64,000 nucleotides of DNA from positions 124,001-188,000 of the forward strand of contig NIVC01002001.1 in assembly GCA_002269645.1 (NCBI GenBank), written 5' to 3'. The notes under the pieces were generated by a model. That model had not been told where the DNA came from. It searched no databases and worked only from the letters and a program-made list of their open reading frames with translations. Positions within the stretch are counted from its first letter, which is position 1. Each line of letters begins with the position of its first letter. Shown here piece by piece: positions 11,456 through 24,159 of this stretch. Both the position numbers and the translations under genes were made by a program. Source of the stretch: Macrostomum lignano. Lineage: Eukaryota.

Positions 11456-14400
11456 ATGGATTCCTTGGAGTCGAACGATGACCATTCACTGCAGCAGCCT
11501 GCGGGCACAGCAGGTGCCTACAGAGGCCTGAGCAGACCCATCGCCACCTACTCGCCGATGGGCGCAGCAGACAGTGGCTACCAGACTGATTCGCCAACCC
11601 CTGTCACTGCTGCCAACTCTTCAGCGACAAGTTACACCCCGCCGCCAGGCACCTTCAGGCCGGTGAGTCCGGCTGAGCAACCGGCAGGCCAGCTCCGCCA
11701 CGTGAGCACCCAGACCTCACTGACGGAGCAGATTCTGCAGCAACAACAGCAACAGCAGCCTCCGCCACCGCCGCCGCCTCTGTTGCTAAGCCAACAATCC
11801 ACGGGATTCCGGCCGGCATCGGCGCCTGTCTACGACCTTCCTGACGTCGGCGCCCGTGGTGGCGGCAGCGACGTTGGCGGAGCCTTCGGCGGCGGCGGCG
11901 TCGGAGGGATTGTGGAATTCGAAGTCGACGATCTCGATTCGGAATTCGACGAAGAAGTTTATCGAACTGCCGCTGGTGAGTTTGCTTGTTGAGGTTGTCA
12001 CAAAGGAAGGATGCAAGATTTTATAAACAATTTAAAATCGCGCCAAAATATTTAAAAAAATTAAAAATTTAAAAAGGGTTTTCAATCAACTATAGATAGT
12101 TTAATTTTTGAGTTTTTTAAAACCAATTTTCTTATGGAAAATTTCCGGCTTTTTTAAACCTTTGCTTAAATGCTTAATAAACGTAAGCTTAAAAAACAAA
12201 ACGGGATTGCAATCATTGATTGTTATTGTGAACGAAAATGCGAGTGAGTTCCGCCATTCTGCATTTTAGGGGACCCACGTGATCCGTTGCCATGGCAACT
12301 ATACGCTTTTGTTGCAACACTTAGTAGACAAGTTATACGCATTAGTGCATACAAAAGAAAGCACGTGATTCTCCACGTCTCTCTCTCCCTCCAGCCCTAG
12401 CTCCCGTCCCTTCTCTCGGTTCCAGACTAAATTTATCCTACACGTCATTCTCGACTTGGGCTTGAACCGAAGTGGGGTGGGGGACGCTCAGCCAGACAGG
12501 GCAGGCAGACAGAGAACTAATCAGAAGACCTCCATAGCTCAAATACTAGGCGAGGTCAATGATGAAGCGGGAGAGACTGAAGAGAAAGTAAAGGATGACG
12601 TCATTTTTCTGGCCCCAGCCAGAGTGTCTGCAGCGTGCTTGTCAGACGACTGACTACTGGGGAATCCCCCTAAATGCTGCTCTAAAAATAGCCACAATGG
12701 TCTGCGGTAGCCACTATGCATTAACAAAAAAAACCACCGTTTAAGTCTTCTTTAGTTTAGTGCAAGTGAACTTAAACCAAAGACAAGTATAAATTCAACT
12801 CTAACTGGGACTACGAAGGCGGGTTTTGCTCAGTTAGTCATAATTCCATGTTTTTTTCACTTGGGCGTGACAGAACTTTGCCGTATAGATATGAGGAATA
12901 ACTTACAACGGTCTAATAAGTGTAGTGGGTCACATGACATAGCTGGGTTAAATATTGCACTAGCTAGCATAGCTTGCCGCGCATTGCGTGTGGGCGGGAT
13001 TGGAGCATATGACTAAGTGCTTTGAATTGTTATTCTATTCTAACTGTTGCACAACCTATTCGCTTCTTAATTAGTTGGGATTGCGAAACACTTGGAGACA
13101 AAATAACTTGTTCAAAACTGGAGCACGTAGAGAAGATAAAGATGAAGGGAGCATATAAGATTGAGAGAAGTCTACGGGTAATCACTTTAATAGAAAGATA
13201 TAAAAGACAGAATAATCCCATACATAGGAACAGGGCAAAAGAAGCAGCCTGGAGTGAAGCAGAGGGAAGCAGGGAGAAGCCGGGAAAGAAGCAGGGAGAG
13301 AGAATCAGGGAGAGAGAAGCAGGGAGAGAGAAGCAGGGAGAGAAGCAGGGAGCTTGAAGGCTGAAGCAAGGAGAGAGAAGCGGGGAGAGAGAAGCAGGGA
13401 GAGAGAAGCAGGGAAAGAAGCAGGGAGAGAGAAGCAGGGAGAGAGAAGCAGGGAGAGAAGCAGGAAGGGAGAAGCAGGAAGGGAGAAGCAGGGAGAGAGA
13501 AGCGGGGAGAGAGAAGCAGGGAGAGAGAAGCAGGGAAAGAAGCAGGGAGAGAGAAGCAGGGAGAGAGAAGCAGGGAGAGAAGCAGGGAGAGAGAAGCAGA
13601 GAGAAGCAGGGAGAGAGAGAAGCAGGGAGAGAGAAGCAGGAAGGGAGAAGCAGGGAGGGAGAAGCAGTAAGGGAGAAGCAGGAAGGGAGAAGCAGGAAGG
13701 GAGAAGCAGGAAGGGAGAAGCAGGGAGAGAGAAGCAGGGAGAGAAGTAGGGAGAGAGAAGCAGGCAGAGAGAAGCAGAGAGAAGCAGGGAGAGAGAAGCA
13801 GGGAGAGAGAAGCACGAAGGGAGAAGCAGGAAGGGAGAAGCAGGCAGAGAGAATCAGAGAGAGAAGCAGGGAGAGAGAAGCAGGGAGGTAGAGGCAGATT
13901 CAAGAAACAATGAGCCAGCCAGAGACAGTCAGAGCCGCAGACAGACGGGCATATAACTTTCATAAAATAATAGATGTACATCATGATCCAGTCAAATGCC
14001 TTATACAATTCTTAACTTCTTAACTTTAATAAATGGACTTATGCAGCAATGAAACTTACAAAATCAAAAGATCCAAAAGCTAAAAATAGATTCCCAAGAA
14101 GGAAATCCTGAAATTTCCCCTTTCCAAATTTAGGCGACCAAATATATTTTAATAAAGTCCTCTCGGGCTCCCGCGCGACAGACAATAGTTAACTAATGAG
14201 CCTGCACAGAACACGAAGTGCATGTAAAATCTCTGTATAAATATGCGGCTTCAGTGTCTGACACAAACTGCCCAATTCCATTCGCAATGCTCTATTCGTT
14301 AATAACAATAATTTCAGCTGCACAGAATCTGCAGCCGTTGCCTGATCTGCTACAGCGGCAGGCGGTGCCGAGTTCAGATTCTGGAGATGCTGTGAGGCTG

Positions 14401-17400
14401 AGAACTCGCTCAGTGCCGGTGCCGGACCTGGCCAGCAGGCACGAGAGGGTGGCGCTGCTGCTCAGGGAGATTGGGGATCAGTACAATCGGAGCAGGGGAC
14501 AGTCGCCCGCCGCTGCTGGGACCGCTGGAGGTGGAAGCGGTCGAGCCTCTCTGGTAAGTCTCTCGGCTGCTGCGGCTGGCAGATTTTTCTCTGCCTGCTT
14601 CTCTCCCTGCTTCTCTCCCTGCTTCTCTCTCCCTGCTTCTCTCCCTGCTTCTCTCCTTGCTTCTCTCTCCCTGCTTCTCTCTCCCTGCTTCCCTCTCCCT
14701 GCTTCTCTCTCCCTGCTTCTCTCCCTGCTTCTCTCTCCCTGCTTCTCTCTCCCTGCTTCTCTGCCTGATTTTCTCCCTGCTTCTTTCCCTGCTTCTCTCT
14801 CCCTGCTTCTCTGCCTGCTTTTCTCCCTGCTTCTCTCCCTGCTTCTCTCGCTTCCATTTCTGTCTCCTATCACTCGCCCAGCCCGATGACTCAACCTCAG
14901 CCCCTTAGACAGCCTTCGCAACTGCAGCGGCAGAGAACTGGAAAACACAATCTGCACCGAACTTCGCAGTCACAGCCAGCCGTCCCCTTCTCTCTCTCTC
15001 TCTCTCTCTCGGGACCCTCAATTTCACTCGCTCTTGCTTCATGCACTCTGCAAGTCCCGCGTTTCTCGGTGGGCCGTTTTCAGTCGGAGGTCAGGAAACT
15101 GGGACTATTAACAATTTGACTGCAAAGTTCCACCAAACTCTGCAATTTTCCTACCGCTTTCGTGCCTACCAAAAATGTAACGGTCTGTGTCTTCTCGTAG
15201 ATAGTGTCTCTTTAAATCTCTTATTCTATAGTTATTTTCATCGATTATTTGCAGCGGAGTTCGACCGTACCTATACCTATCTGTCTGCAGCTTTAAACGG
15301 TTTTCCCCACTGCAGTGTCTTTGTATTGAATGTAATGCCTCTAATCTCCTGGAACAAAGACTGCACAGAGACAGAATTCAGAGCGAATTTGGTCCGCGCT
15401 GAGCCAGTAAGCTTAGAACCACTCGGTGGCTGAAGGATTTCGATACAAAAAAATAGCAAGAGAAACGGAAGAAGAAGAAGGCGGTTGCGCTGTCTTCTGC
15501 TTTTTCTGTCTTTGCAGCTGCAAAAGCAGATCCAGAGTGGCAAAACTCGTTTCTGGGACAAGGGGGCTTAGATTACATACATCCTGTATGAGACCGTAGA
15601 CTGCCGCTGCTTATTTATGGGACTGGTGACCTCACATCCTTGTGCTTCGTCATGTTGATATTCCATGCTTTCTGGTGTTCAGACTGCCGCAATTTTGTTC
15701 ATGGATAAACTAATTTTCATCCATGTTGGCTAGATTAGCAATCCATTCTAAACTCATTTTCATTCATGTTGGCTAGATTAGCAATCCATTCTAAACTAAT
15801 TTTCATTCATGTTGGCTAGATTAGCAATCCATTCTAAACTAATTTTCATTCATGTTGGCTAGATTAGCAATCCATTCTAAACTAATTTTCATTCATGTTG
15901 GCTAGATTAGCAATCCATTCTAAACTCATTTTCATCCATGATGGCTAGATTAGCAATCCATTCTAAACTCATTTTCATTCATGTTGGCTAGATTAGCAAT
16001 CCATTCTAAACTCATTTTCATTCATGTTGGCTAGATTAGCAATCCATTTTCTAAACTAATTTTAATCCATGTTGGCTAGATTAGCAATCCATTCTAAACT
16101 CATTTTCATTCATGTTGGCTAGATTAGCAATCCATTCTAAACTCATTTTCATTCATGTTGGCTAGATTAGCAATCCATTTTCTAAACTAATTTTAATCCA
16201 TGTTGGCTAGATTAGCAATCCATTCTAAACTCATTTTCATTCATGTTGGCTAGATTAGCAATCCATTTTCTAAACTAATTTTAATCCATGTTGGCTAGAT
16301 TAGCAATCCATTCTAAACTAATTTTCATTCATGTTGGCTAGATTAGCAATCCATTCTAAACTAATTTTCATTCATGTTGGCTAGATTAGCAATCCATTCT
16401 AAACTCATTTTCATCCATGATGGCTAGATTAGCAATCCATTCTAAACTCATTTTCATTCATGTTGGCTAGATTAGCAATCCATTCTAAACTCATTTTCAT
16501 TAATGTTGGCTAGATTAGCAATCCATTTTCTAAACTAATTTTAATCCATGTTGGCTAGATTAGCAATCCATTCTAAACTCATTTTCATTCATGTTGGCTA
16601 GATTAGCAATCCATTCTAAACTCATTTTCATTCATGTTGGCTAGATTAGCAATCCATTTTCTAAACTAATTTTAATCCATGTTGGCTAGATTAGCAATCC
16701 ATTCTAAACTCATTTTCATTCATGTTGGCTAGATTAGCAATCCATTTTCTAAACTAATTTTAATCCATGTTGGCTAGATTAGCAATCCATTCTAAACTCA
16801 TTTTCATTCATGTTGGCTAGATTAGCAATCCATTCTAAACTAATTTTAATCCAGGTTGGCTAGATTAGCAATCCATTCTAAACTCATTTTCATTCATGTT
16901 GGCTAGATTAGCAATCCATTTTCTAAACTAATTTTAATCCAGGTTGGCTAGATTAGCAATCCATTCTAAACTCATTTTCATCCATGATGGCTAGATTAGC
17001 AATCCATTCTAAACTCATTTTCATTCATGTTGGCTAGATTAGCAATCCATTCTAAACTCATTTTCATTAATGTTGGCTAGATTAGCAATCCATTTTCTAA
17101 ACTAATTTTAATCCATGTCGGCTAGATTAGCAATCCATTCTAAACTCATTTTCATCCAGGTTGGCTAGATTAGCAATCCATTTTCTAAACTAATTTTAAT
17201 CCAGGTTGGCTAGATTAGCAATCCATTCTAAACTCATTTTCATTCATGTTGGCTAGATTAGCAATCCATTTTCTAAACTAATTTTCATCAATCTTGGCTA
17301 GATTAGCAATCCATTTTCTAAACTAATTTTCATCAATCTTGGCTAGATTAGCAATCCATTTTCTAAACTAATTTTCATCAATCTTGGCTAGATTAGCAAT

Positions 17401-19389
17401 CCATTTTCTAAACTAATTTTCATCAATCTTGGCTAGATTAGCAATCCATTTTCTAAACTAATTTTCATCAATCTTGGCTAGATTAGCAATCCATTTTCTA
17501 AACTCATTTTCATTCATGTTGGCTAGATTAGCAATCCATTCTAAACTCATATTCATTATTTCCATTTATCACTGGGCATTTAATCTCAATCCTCTTAACC
17601 TAATCTCTATGCCGTGCTGTCCAAATTTAGGATCAGCCGAGCTCAGATGAGCAACTCAACTCACTTCTTTAGCCATCTTGACTTTTGTGCATAGCAACCC
17701 ACTAATTTGGTTAACAAGGGCTGTTTAGAACGAGTAAGACCTATCTTACAAAGCATATTTATACAAAAGTAAAAAATAAAGTTTTAAGCAAAAGTTGTCT
17801 ATCGAAAAGGAGACGACACTTACTATTTAAGAATTTCTTTGTTAGAGATAGGAGAACCTGAGAGTGTTGAGTCATCCTGGAGTCTTGAAACAAAGTTATG
17901 GATGATATTGACACCTTCTGAGCTACAAGCCTTCGCTGAATCTGCGCTGCGATGCAAAAGCAAACAATTCCTAGCAAGGGGCCATTAAGAGAAGAGCTGT
18001 AATATATCATTCTTCTCTGGTGTTTTCTGCTATAGGATGCAAAGTAAGCTCATTTTTCACTCAAACCTACATACTACTCATGCTATCAGTAGGCTTTCAG
18101 TTTTCTATCAATAAGTTGATTCTGTGTTTAATCAAAATAATTTTTTATACGCTTCAAGTTATGTAGAATTTTTCATAAAAATAAAAAGAAATTGCAGTTC
18201 ATAAATAAACATGTAAATAAAAATAAATGGGAGAGATACACTCTCTATAAGAGATAGACAGAGAAGAGAAGAGGAGAGGACAGGAGAGATGAGAAAGGGA
18301 GAGAAGAGGAGAGGAGAGGAGAGAAGAGGAGAGGAGAGGAGAGGAGTGGAGAGAAGAGGAGAGGAGAGGAGAGAAGAGGAGAGGAGAGGAGAGGAGAGGA
18401 GAGAAGAGGAGAGGAGAGCAGAGAAGAGGAGTGGAGAGGAGAGGAGAGGAGAGGAGAGGAGAGGAGAGGAGAGGAGAGGTGAAAGAGAAGAAAAATGAGA
18501 GAAGAGGCGAGAGAGGAGGCAAGAGAGAGTAGAAAGAAGAGGCGAAAGAGTAGAGAGAAGAGGCGAAAGAGTAGAGAGAAGAGAGAAGAGAGGAGACAGA
18601 AGAGAGGAGAGAGAAGAGAGAAGAGAGAAGAGAGAAGACAGAAGAGAGGAGAGAGTAGAGAGAAGAGGGGAGAGAGAAGAGAGGAGAGAGTAGAGAGGAG
18701 AGAGAAGAGAGGAGAGAGTAGAGAGAAGAGAGAAGAGAGGAGACAGAAGAGAGGAGAGAGTAGAGAGAAGAGAGGAGAGAGTAGAGAGGAGAGAGAAGAG
18801 AGGAGAGAGTAGAGAGAAGAGAGAAGAGAGAAGACAGAAGAGAGGAGAGAGTAGAGAGAAGAGGGGAGAGAGAAGAGAGGAGAGAGTAGAGAGGAGAGAG
18901 AAGAGAGGAGAGAGTAGAGAGAAGAGAGAAGAGAGGAGACAGAAGAGAGGAGAGAGTAGAGAGAAGAGAGGAGACAGAAGAGAGGAGAGAGTAGAGAGGA
19001 GAGAGGAGACAGAAGAGTGGAGAGAGTAGAGAGAAGAGGGGAGAGAGAGCTGTGAAGAGACACAAACCCCGGTCAAAGGTTTCAAAGGACCCGAGGGCCG
19101 GATAGAGGTGTTTTGCGGTCCAGAGTTTGCCGATCCTTCACTAGAAGCAGACCTGTCATTTCACCCCCGCTCTCCCGCACCGCAGCAACTGTTCTCCCAC
19201 ACTCGCCGAGACCGAAGTCTGAGTCTTCGGACTGCCGAAATCGACCCCCTGCTGGGAGAGCGCGCGATGGGCGACGAGAACTGGCGCCAGTCAATCCTAG
19301 GCTGGGTGGCGCAGATGGCGCGCACTCTGTCAGGCGCTAATATTGCGCTAGATGACGAAGAAGGCGAACTTGAAGACGGCTATCAGTGA
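11456..19389 (+). CDS. BH3-only protein, Bim/Bmf-like architecture (319 aa, 3 exons)
   Basis: Exons 11456-11975 (G|GTGAGT, phase 1), 14318-14553 (TTTCAG|..CTG|GTAAGT, phase 0) and 19186-19389 (pyrimidine tract..CGCAG|) give 960 nt in frame. Motifs: DSGYQT (11570-11587), RHVSTQT (11696-11716), VALLLREIGDQYN (14449-14487), and a C-terminal amphipathic WRQSILGWVAQMARTL. Confidence 0.75.
12286..12299. promoter_or_regulatory. Perfect palindromic RFX X-box GTTGCCATGGCAAC in intron 1, next to CACGTG E-boxes (12277, 12362)
   Basis: Exact 14-bp match to the X-box consensus. Confidence 0.6.
13244..13885 (+). repeat. Purine-rich ~14-bp satellite (AGCAGGGAGAGAGA)n in intron 1
   Basis: Direct reading. 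It produces the spurious low-complexity ORFs 13030-13815, 13187-14008 and 13354-13749. Confidence 0.95.
14586..14848 (-). repeat. The same satellite in inverted orientation (TCTCTCTCCCTGCT)n in intron 2
   Basis: Reverse complement of the 13244-13885 unit; starts about 32 nt after the exon-2 donor. Confidence 0.95.
15706..17551. repeat. 43-45-bp minisatellite (CATGTTGGCTAGATTAGCAATCCATTCTAAACTCATTTTCATT), about 42 copies
   Basis: Tandem units with variant blocks; no unique spacers. Confidence 0.97.
18255..19045. repeat. Polypurine (GAGAA/GAGGA) low-complexity array just upstream of exon 3
   Basis: Direct reading. The Leu/Ser-rich ORFs 18159-19085, 18199-19065 and 18245-19063 are artefacts of it. 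Confidence 0.95.
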
Positions 19390-19744
19390 GGCCAGATCGG
19401 AGTCACAGTACACTGTGTACTTTATATCTCAAGCTTTCACCAAGTTTTTACTCTATTAATTCATTTCTGTTTTCCATCTCAATGCAGGCGCCTGTTGTCA
19501 ATAACAGTTTGACTATGTCAAAACTTCAAAATTATGATTATTAAATTGTTGTTGTCAAATTTTTCCCACCCTACACAGCTAGAGTGCAATCGGTATAATT
19601 TATTGCTCGTTTCTTGCAATGTACTTTTTCATTAGCCTAATTGTGTGCGTTACTCCTATGTATGTGGCTTTAACATGCTGTTTATTGGCTTTGGCTCAAA
19701 AAATTAACACCACCCCTAAATTTTCACAATAGCTTTGCAATGAA

Positions 19745-20005
19745 ACCACTGGGACTCTCTGTAGGGGTCAACTGACCTCTCAGGTTATCTGTAGGGAGTC
19801 AACTGACATACCAGACTCTCTGTAGGGAGTCAACTGACCTCTCAAACTCTGTAGGAGTTAACTGACCTCTCTGACTCTAGGGACGGGCCTCCCAGACTCT
19901 GCAGGGGTCAAGTGACTTCCCAACCTCTGTAGGTAGTCAATTGACCTCCCAGCCTCTGTAGGGGTCAACTGACCTTCCAGACTCTCAGTATGGGATCAAC
20001 TGACC
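19745..20005. repeat. Degenerate ~30-35-bp repeats containing GTAGGGGTCAACTGACCTC
   Basis: About 7 imperfect copies; the core resembles the GGGTCA(A/C)CTGCCCC motif of the 91-905/8250-9600 module. Confidence 0.7.
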
Positions 20006-20539
20006 TCTCGAGGCCTAATAAACATTGCTCCCCTTGTCATTAAAATGCAGCAACACAGGACAAGCATGACTGCATCAGAGTAATTAGTTGTTCATCACAT
20101 TTTAATAGCATCAATATTACATTACGGATATCTGCTTATGTTCTCATCATTAACTGGCATACTCCCCGTAATATTTACCTGTAGTTAGTCATTTTCGTTG
20201 TATATTAATTCATATTATCACCAAGATCCCATTGTTCGGCCTATTTCATTTTAACAAAATCAGTTTTATCAACTCATTTGTAAAAAAGCATAAAAAATCG
20301 AATCTTTTGCGTTTCAACTGCCTCGCCCTGAGCATTATTTCATCGGAAGTAAATTCAGTAGTATGAGTAGCTGGATTTTGCCTAAAAAATAGCACTACTG
20401 CTCAAAAACTAAGCATGCTTGCCATAACTTGCTTGCCAGAATCCTTTTCACTGATTCATTTTAAAGGCATATTTTAGTAAGCGAATGAGAAGAGAGGGTG
20501 AGAAGAGAGATCGGAGAAATAAAAGCTGGGAGAGATGTG

Positions 20540-21128
20540 AGAAGAAGACATTTGGGAGACATTAGAAGAGTGAGACATGAGAGACTTGAGAGACATGAGA
20601 GACACATGAGAGACATGAGACACATGAGACACATGAGACACATGAGACACATGAGAAGACACGAGACACATGAGAAGACACATGAGACACATGAGAGACA
20701 CATGAAAGACATGAGAGACATGAGAGACACGTGAGAGGCATAAGAGACAAATGAGAGACATGAGAGAGATATGAGAGACATGAGAGACATGAGAGACACG
20801 TGAGAGAAATAAGAGACATGAGAGACACATGAGAGACATGAAGGACATGAAAAAGCATGAGAAAACATGAGACTCATGAGAGACATAAGGGACATGAAGG
20901 ACATGAAAAGACATGAGAAGACATGAGAGACATGAGAGACATGAGAAGACATAAGACACATAAGAAGACATAAGACACATGAGAGACATGGGGGAGGGAA
21001 ACACAAGAAGACACATGAGAGACATGAGAAGACATAAGACACATAAGACACAAGACACATGAGAGACATGGGGAGGGAAACACAAGAAGACACATGAGAG
21101 ACATGAAAAGACACATGATGAGACACAT
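20540..21128. repeat. GAGACAT/GACACAT-based low-complexity satellite
   Basis: Direct reading. Confidence 0.92.
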
Positions 21129-21584
21129 GGTACATTACATTCGACGTTGACAGATTTCTACTAAAGCAAAGGGTCTCTTTCTAATTTTTATTCATTCATT
21201 TGCAAGCGCAAAGCTACAACCAGTAAAACTCATTTCATTTTTCACAAAGTGGCTACTTGTACTCAGTCAGCTAAAACGATGCTAAGGAGAAAAGAATATA
21301 ACCGAAAATTTCTCAGACCAAATGAGGCACTCAAGTAAAACAAGTCTCACGGCATGCTATTGTAGATCTGCTCTATTTGTTAACTTTTATTTGTGATAAA
21401 ACTCTCAGCGAAGGAGAGGAAAGATGAGGTGAGCAGCAAATGGCTGCTGTAGAGTTGCACTGTATGCCACTGTGAGACACGTTTTTATGCTTTGATGAGG
21501 GTAGAATTGCAGGTAGATTAGAGGCAGATAAGATGCAGACGAGAGGTTGTTAAGAAGTTGGTGAAAAGTTGACGAGAGGTAGAT

Positions 21585-23181
21585 CAGAGGTAGATAATAA
21601 GTAGATAAGAGGTAGATCCGTGGTAGATCAGAGGTAGATCAGAGGTAGATCAGTGGTAGATCAGTGGTAGATCAGAGGTAGATCAGAGGTAGATCAGAGG
21701 TAGATCAGAGGTAGATCAGAGGTAGATCAGAGGTAGATCAGTGGTAGATCAGAGGTAGGTCAGAGGTAGATCAGAGGCAGATCAGAGGTAGATCAGTGGT
21801 ACATCAGAGGTAGATCAGACGTAGATCAGAGGTAGATCAGAGGTAGCTGATCGGAGGTAGATCAGAGGTACATCAGAGGTAGGTCAGTGGTAGATCAGAG
21901 GTAGATCAGAGGTAGATCAGAGGTAGCTGATCGGAGGTAGATCAGAGGTAGATCAGAGGTAGATCAGAGGTACATAAGAAGTAGATCAGAGGTAGATCAG
22001 AGGTAGATCAGAGGTAGATCAGAGGTAGAGATCAGAGGTAGATCAGTGGTAGATCAGAGGTAGATCAGAGGTAGATCAGAGGTAGATCAGAGGTACATCA
22101 GAGGTAGATCAAAGGTAGATCAGAGGTAGATCAGTGGTAGATCAGAGGTAGATCAAAGGTAGATCAGAGGTAGATCAGTGGTAGATCAGAGGTAGATCAG
22201 TGGTACATCAGAGGTAGATCAGAGGTAGATCAGAGGTAGATCAGAGGTAGATCAGTGGTAGATCAGAGGTAGATCAGAGGTACATCAGTGGTAGATCAGA
22301 GGTAGATCAGAGGTAGATCAGAGGTAGATAAGAAGTAGAACAGAGGTACATCAGTGGTAGATCAGTGGTAGAACAGAGGTAGATCAGTGGTAGATCAGTG
22401 GTACATCAGAGGTAGATCAAAGGTAGATCAGAGGTAGATCAAAGGTAGATCAGAGGTAGATCAGAGGTAGATCAGAGGTAGATCCGAGGTAGATCAGGGG
22501 TAGATCAGAGGTAGATCAGTGGTACATCAGAGGTAGATCAGAGGTAGATCAGAGGTAGATCAGAGGTAGATCAGAGGTAGATCAGAGGTAGATCAGAGGT
22601 AGATCAGTGGTAGATCAGTGGTAGATCAGAGGTAGATCAGAGGTAGATCAAAGGTAGATCAGAGGTAGATCAGAGGTAGATCAGAGGTAGATCCGAGGTA
22701 GATCAGAGGTAGATCAGAGGTAGATCAGAGGTAGATCAGAGGTAGTTCAGAGGTACATCAGTGGTAGATAAGAAGTAGAACAGAGGTAGATCCGTGGTAG
22801 ATCAGTGGTAGATCAGTGGTACATCAGAGGTAGATCAGAGGTAGATCAGAGGTAGATCAGAGGTAGATCAGAGGTAGATCAGAGGTAGATCAGTGGTAGA
22901 TCAGATGTAGATTAGAGGTAGATCCGTGGTAGATCAGAGGTAGATCAGAGGTACATCAGAGGTAGATCAGAGGTAGATCAGAGGTAGATCAGAGGTAGAT
23001 CAGAGGTAGAGCAGAGGTACATCAGAGGTAGATCAGAGGTAGATCAGAGGTAGATCAGAGGTAGATCAGAGGTAGAGCAGAGGTACATCAGAGGTAGGTC
23101 CGTGGTAGATCAGAGGTAGATCAGAGGTAGATCAGAGGTAGATCAGAGGTAGATCAGAGGTAGATCAGAGGTAGATCAGAG
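21585..23181. repeat. 11-bp satellite (AGAGGTAGATC)n, about 145 copies
   Basis: Clear 11-nt period. Confidence 0.97.
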
Positions 23182-24159
23182 TGTATACCGCTGAGAGGTC
23201 TAGTATTAAAGTGCACTCAGTGAGTCAACACCTCACCGTGTGAGTCAGTCAGACAAGCGACTTTCGTCTGCAGTCTAACTCATAAATTAAAGGGACTGGA
23301 AGCAAAAAACTGACTGATTGATGCGCGAGGGCTCTTCCTAGTCTAGACAGCGATGGGGAAGAAAGTTAGACTTTTACCAACGCTATCGTCATGGACTGGT
23401 GGGTATTTCAGCTGGGACATTAGAAATTATAGGATGAGACAGACTAGTCCTTACTTATTGTGGGGTTGAGAGCAAAGAATAAGTGAGTGAACGAGTAAGT
23501 GAATAAACTAGTGAAGGAATGAATTGTTGAGTAAATTAGTGAGTGAATGTGTGAATTAACTGCCCGACCTATACGCTATGTACTTTTAGGCGTGCCTTCG
23601 ATGTCGCGGCAAGGTCGATCGCGCAACACGCAGTGGCGGCGGACCCTTTCCCCCTCAATGCGACAGTCGCTATAGGGTTTCTCCCATTGTAGTCTTAACC
23701 GCGCCTTATCCAAGCATCTGAGCGCGAAATCTCGTCCCAAACCTGCAGTTGGACAATGAGTCATACGCAGCTTAGTACAATGGAGATGGACAACTGGAGA
23801 AGAGATAGAAGGTACAAGACAGTGAGCCGTCTCTCTTTCTTCTATTCATGGTCTCAGGAGCTCAGAGCTGTGTGGGTGGATCCGAGCACATAGCCGTCCC
23901 ACCCATTCCAGCCTCAAGACCCAAGCTTCTCTGCCTCCCCATCGCCCTTATCTTCGCCACAAAAATCCGAGACAACCTTTTTGGCACAGAAACTGGAATA
24001 ATATATCTTTTTTGAAACAATCAGAAAAGCAAGGGAATAAGCCCACAGACCCGTGCCCTTATCTGCTCGCTGGGTCCTTTCTCTGTCTCTTTTCTTGTCT
24101 TTTTTAATGCCCACTGCCGCTGGTTTGCAGTGAATCTACTTGGACAATTCTAAGACGCA

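Noticed and set aside
12456-12653. ORF with IAQILGEVNDEA resembling Bim BH3 (IAQELRRIGDEF), a possible alternative exon
   Set aside because: It lacks the conserved Gly, starts with TTG, and I found no acceptor or donor in the phase needed to join exons 1 and 2.
13030-14008. Long Leu/Ser- or Arg/Glu-rich ORFs (also 18159-19085, 20461-21135, 28777-30843, 37999-38502, 45754-46626, 54208-54676)
   Set aside because: They are stop-free translations of tandem repeats, mostly inside introns of well-supported genes.
15706-17551. CRISPR-like regular array (also 7345-7705, 25543-25710, 54286-54655)
   Set aside because: Units are contiguous with no unique spacers, there are no cas genes, and the context is eukaryotic introns.
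19255-19290. Second BH3-like motif LLGERAMGDEN in exon 3
   Set aside because: The invariant Leu position is Glu and the position after GDx is not hydrophobic.
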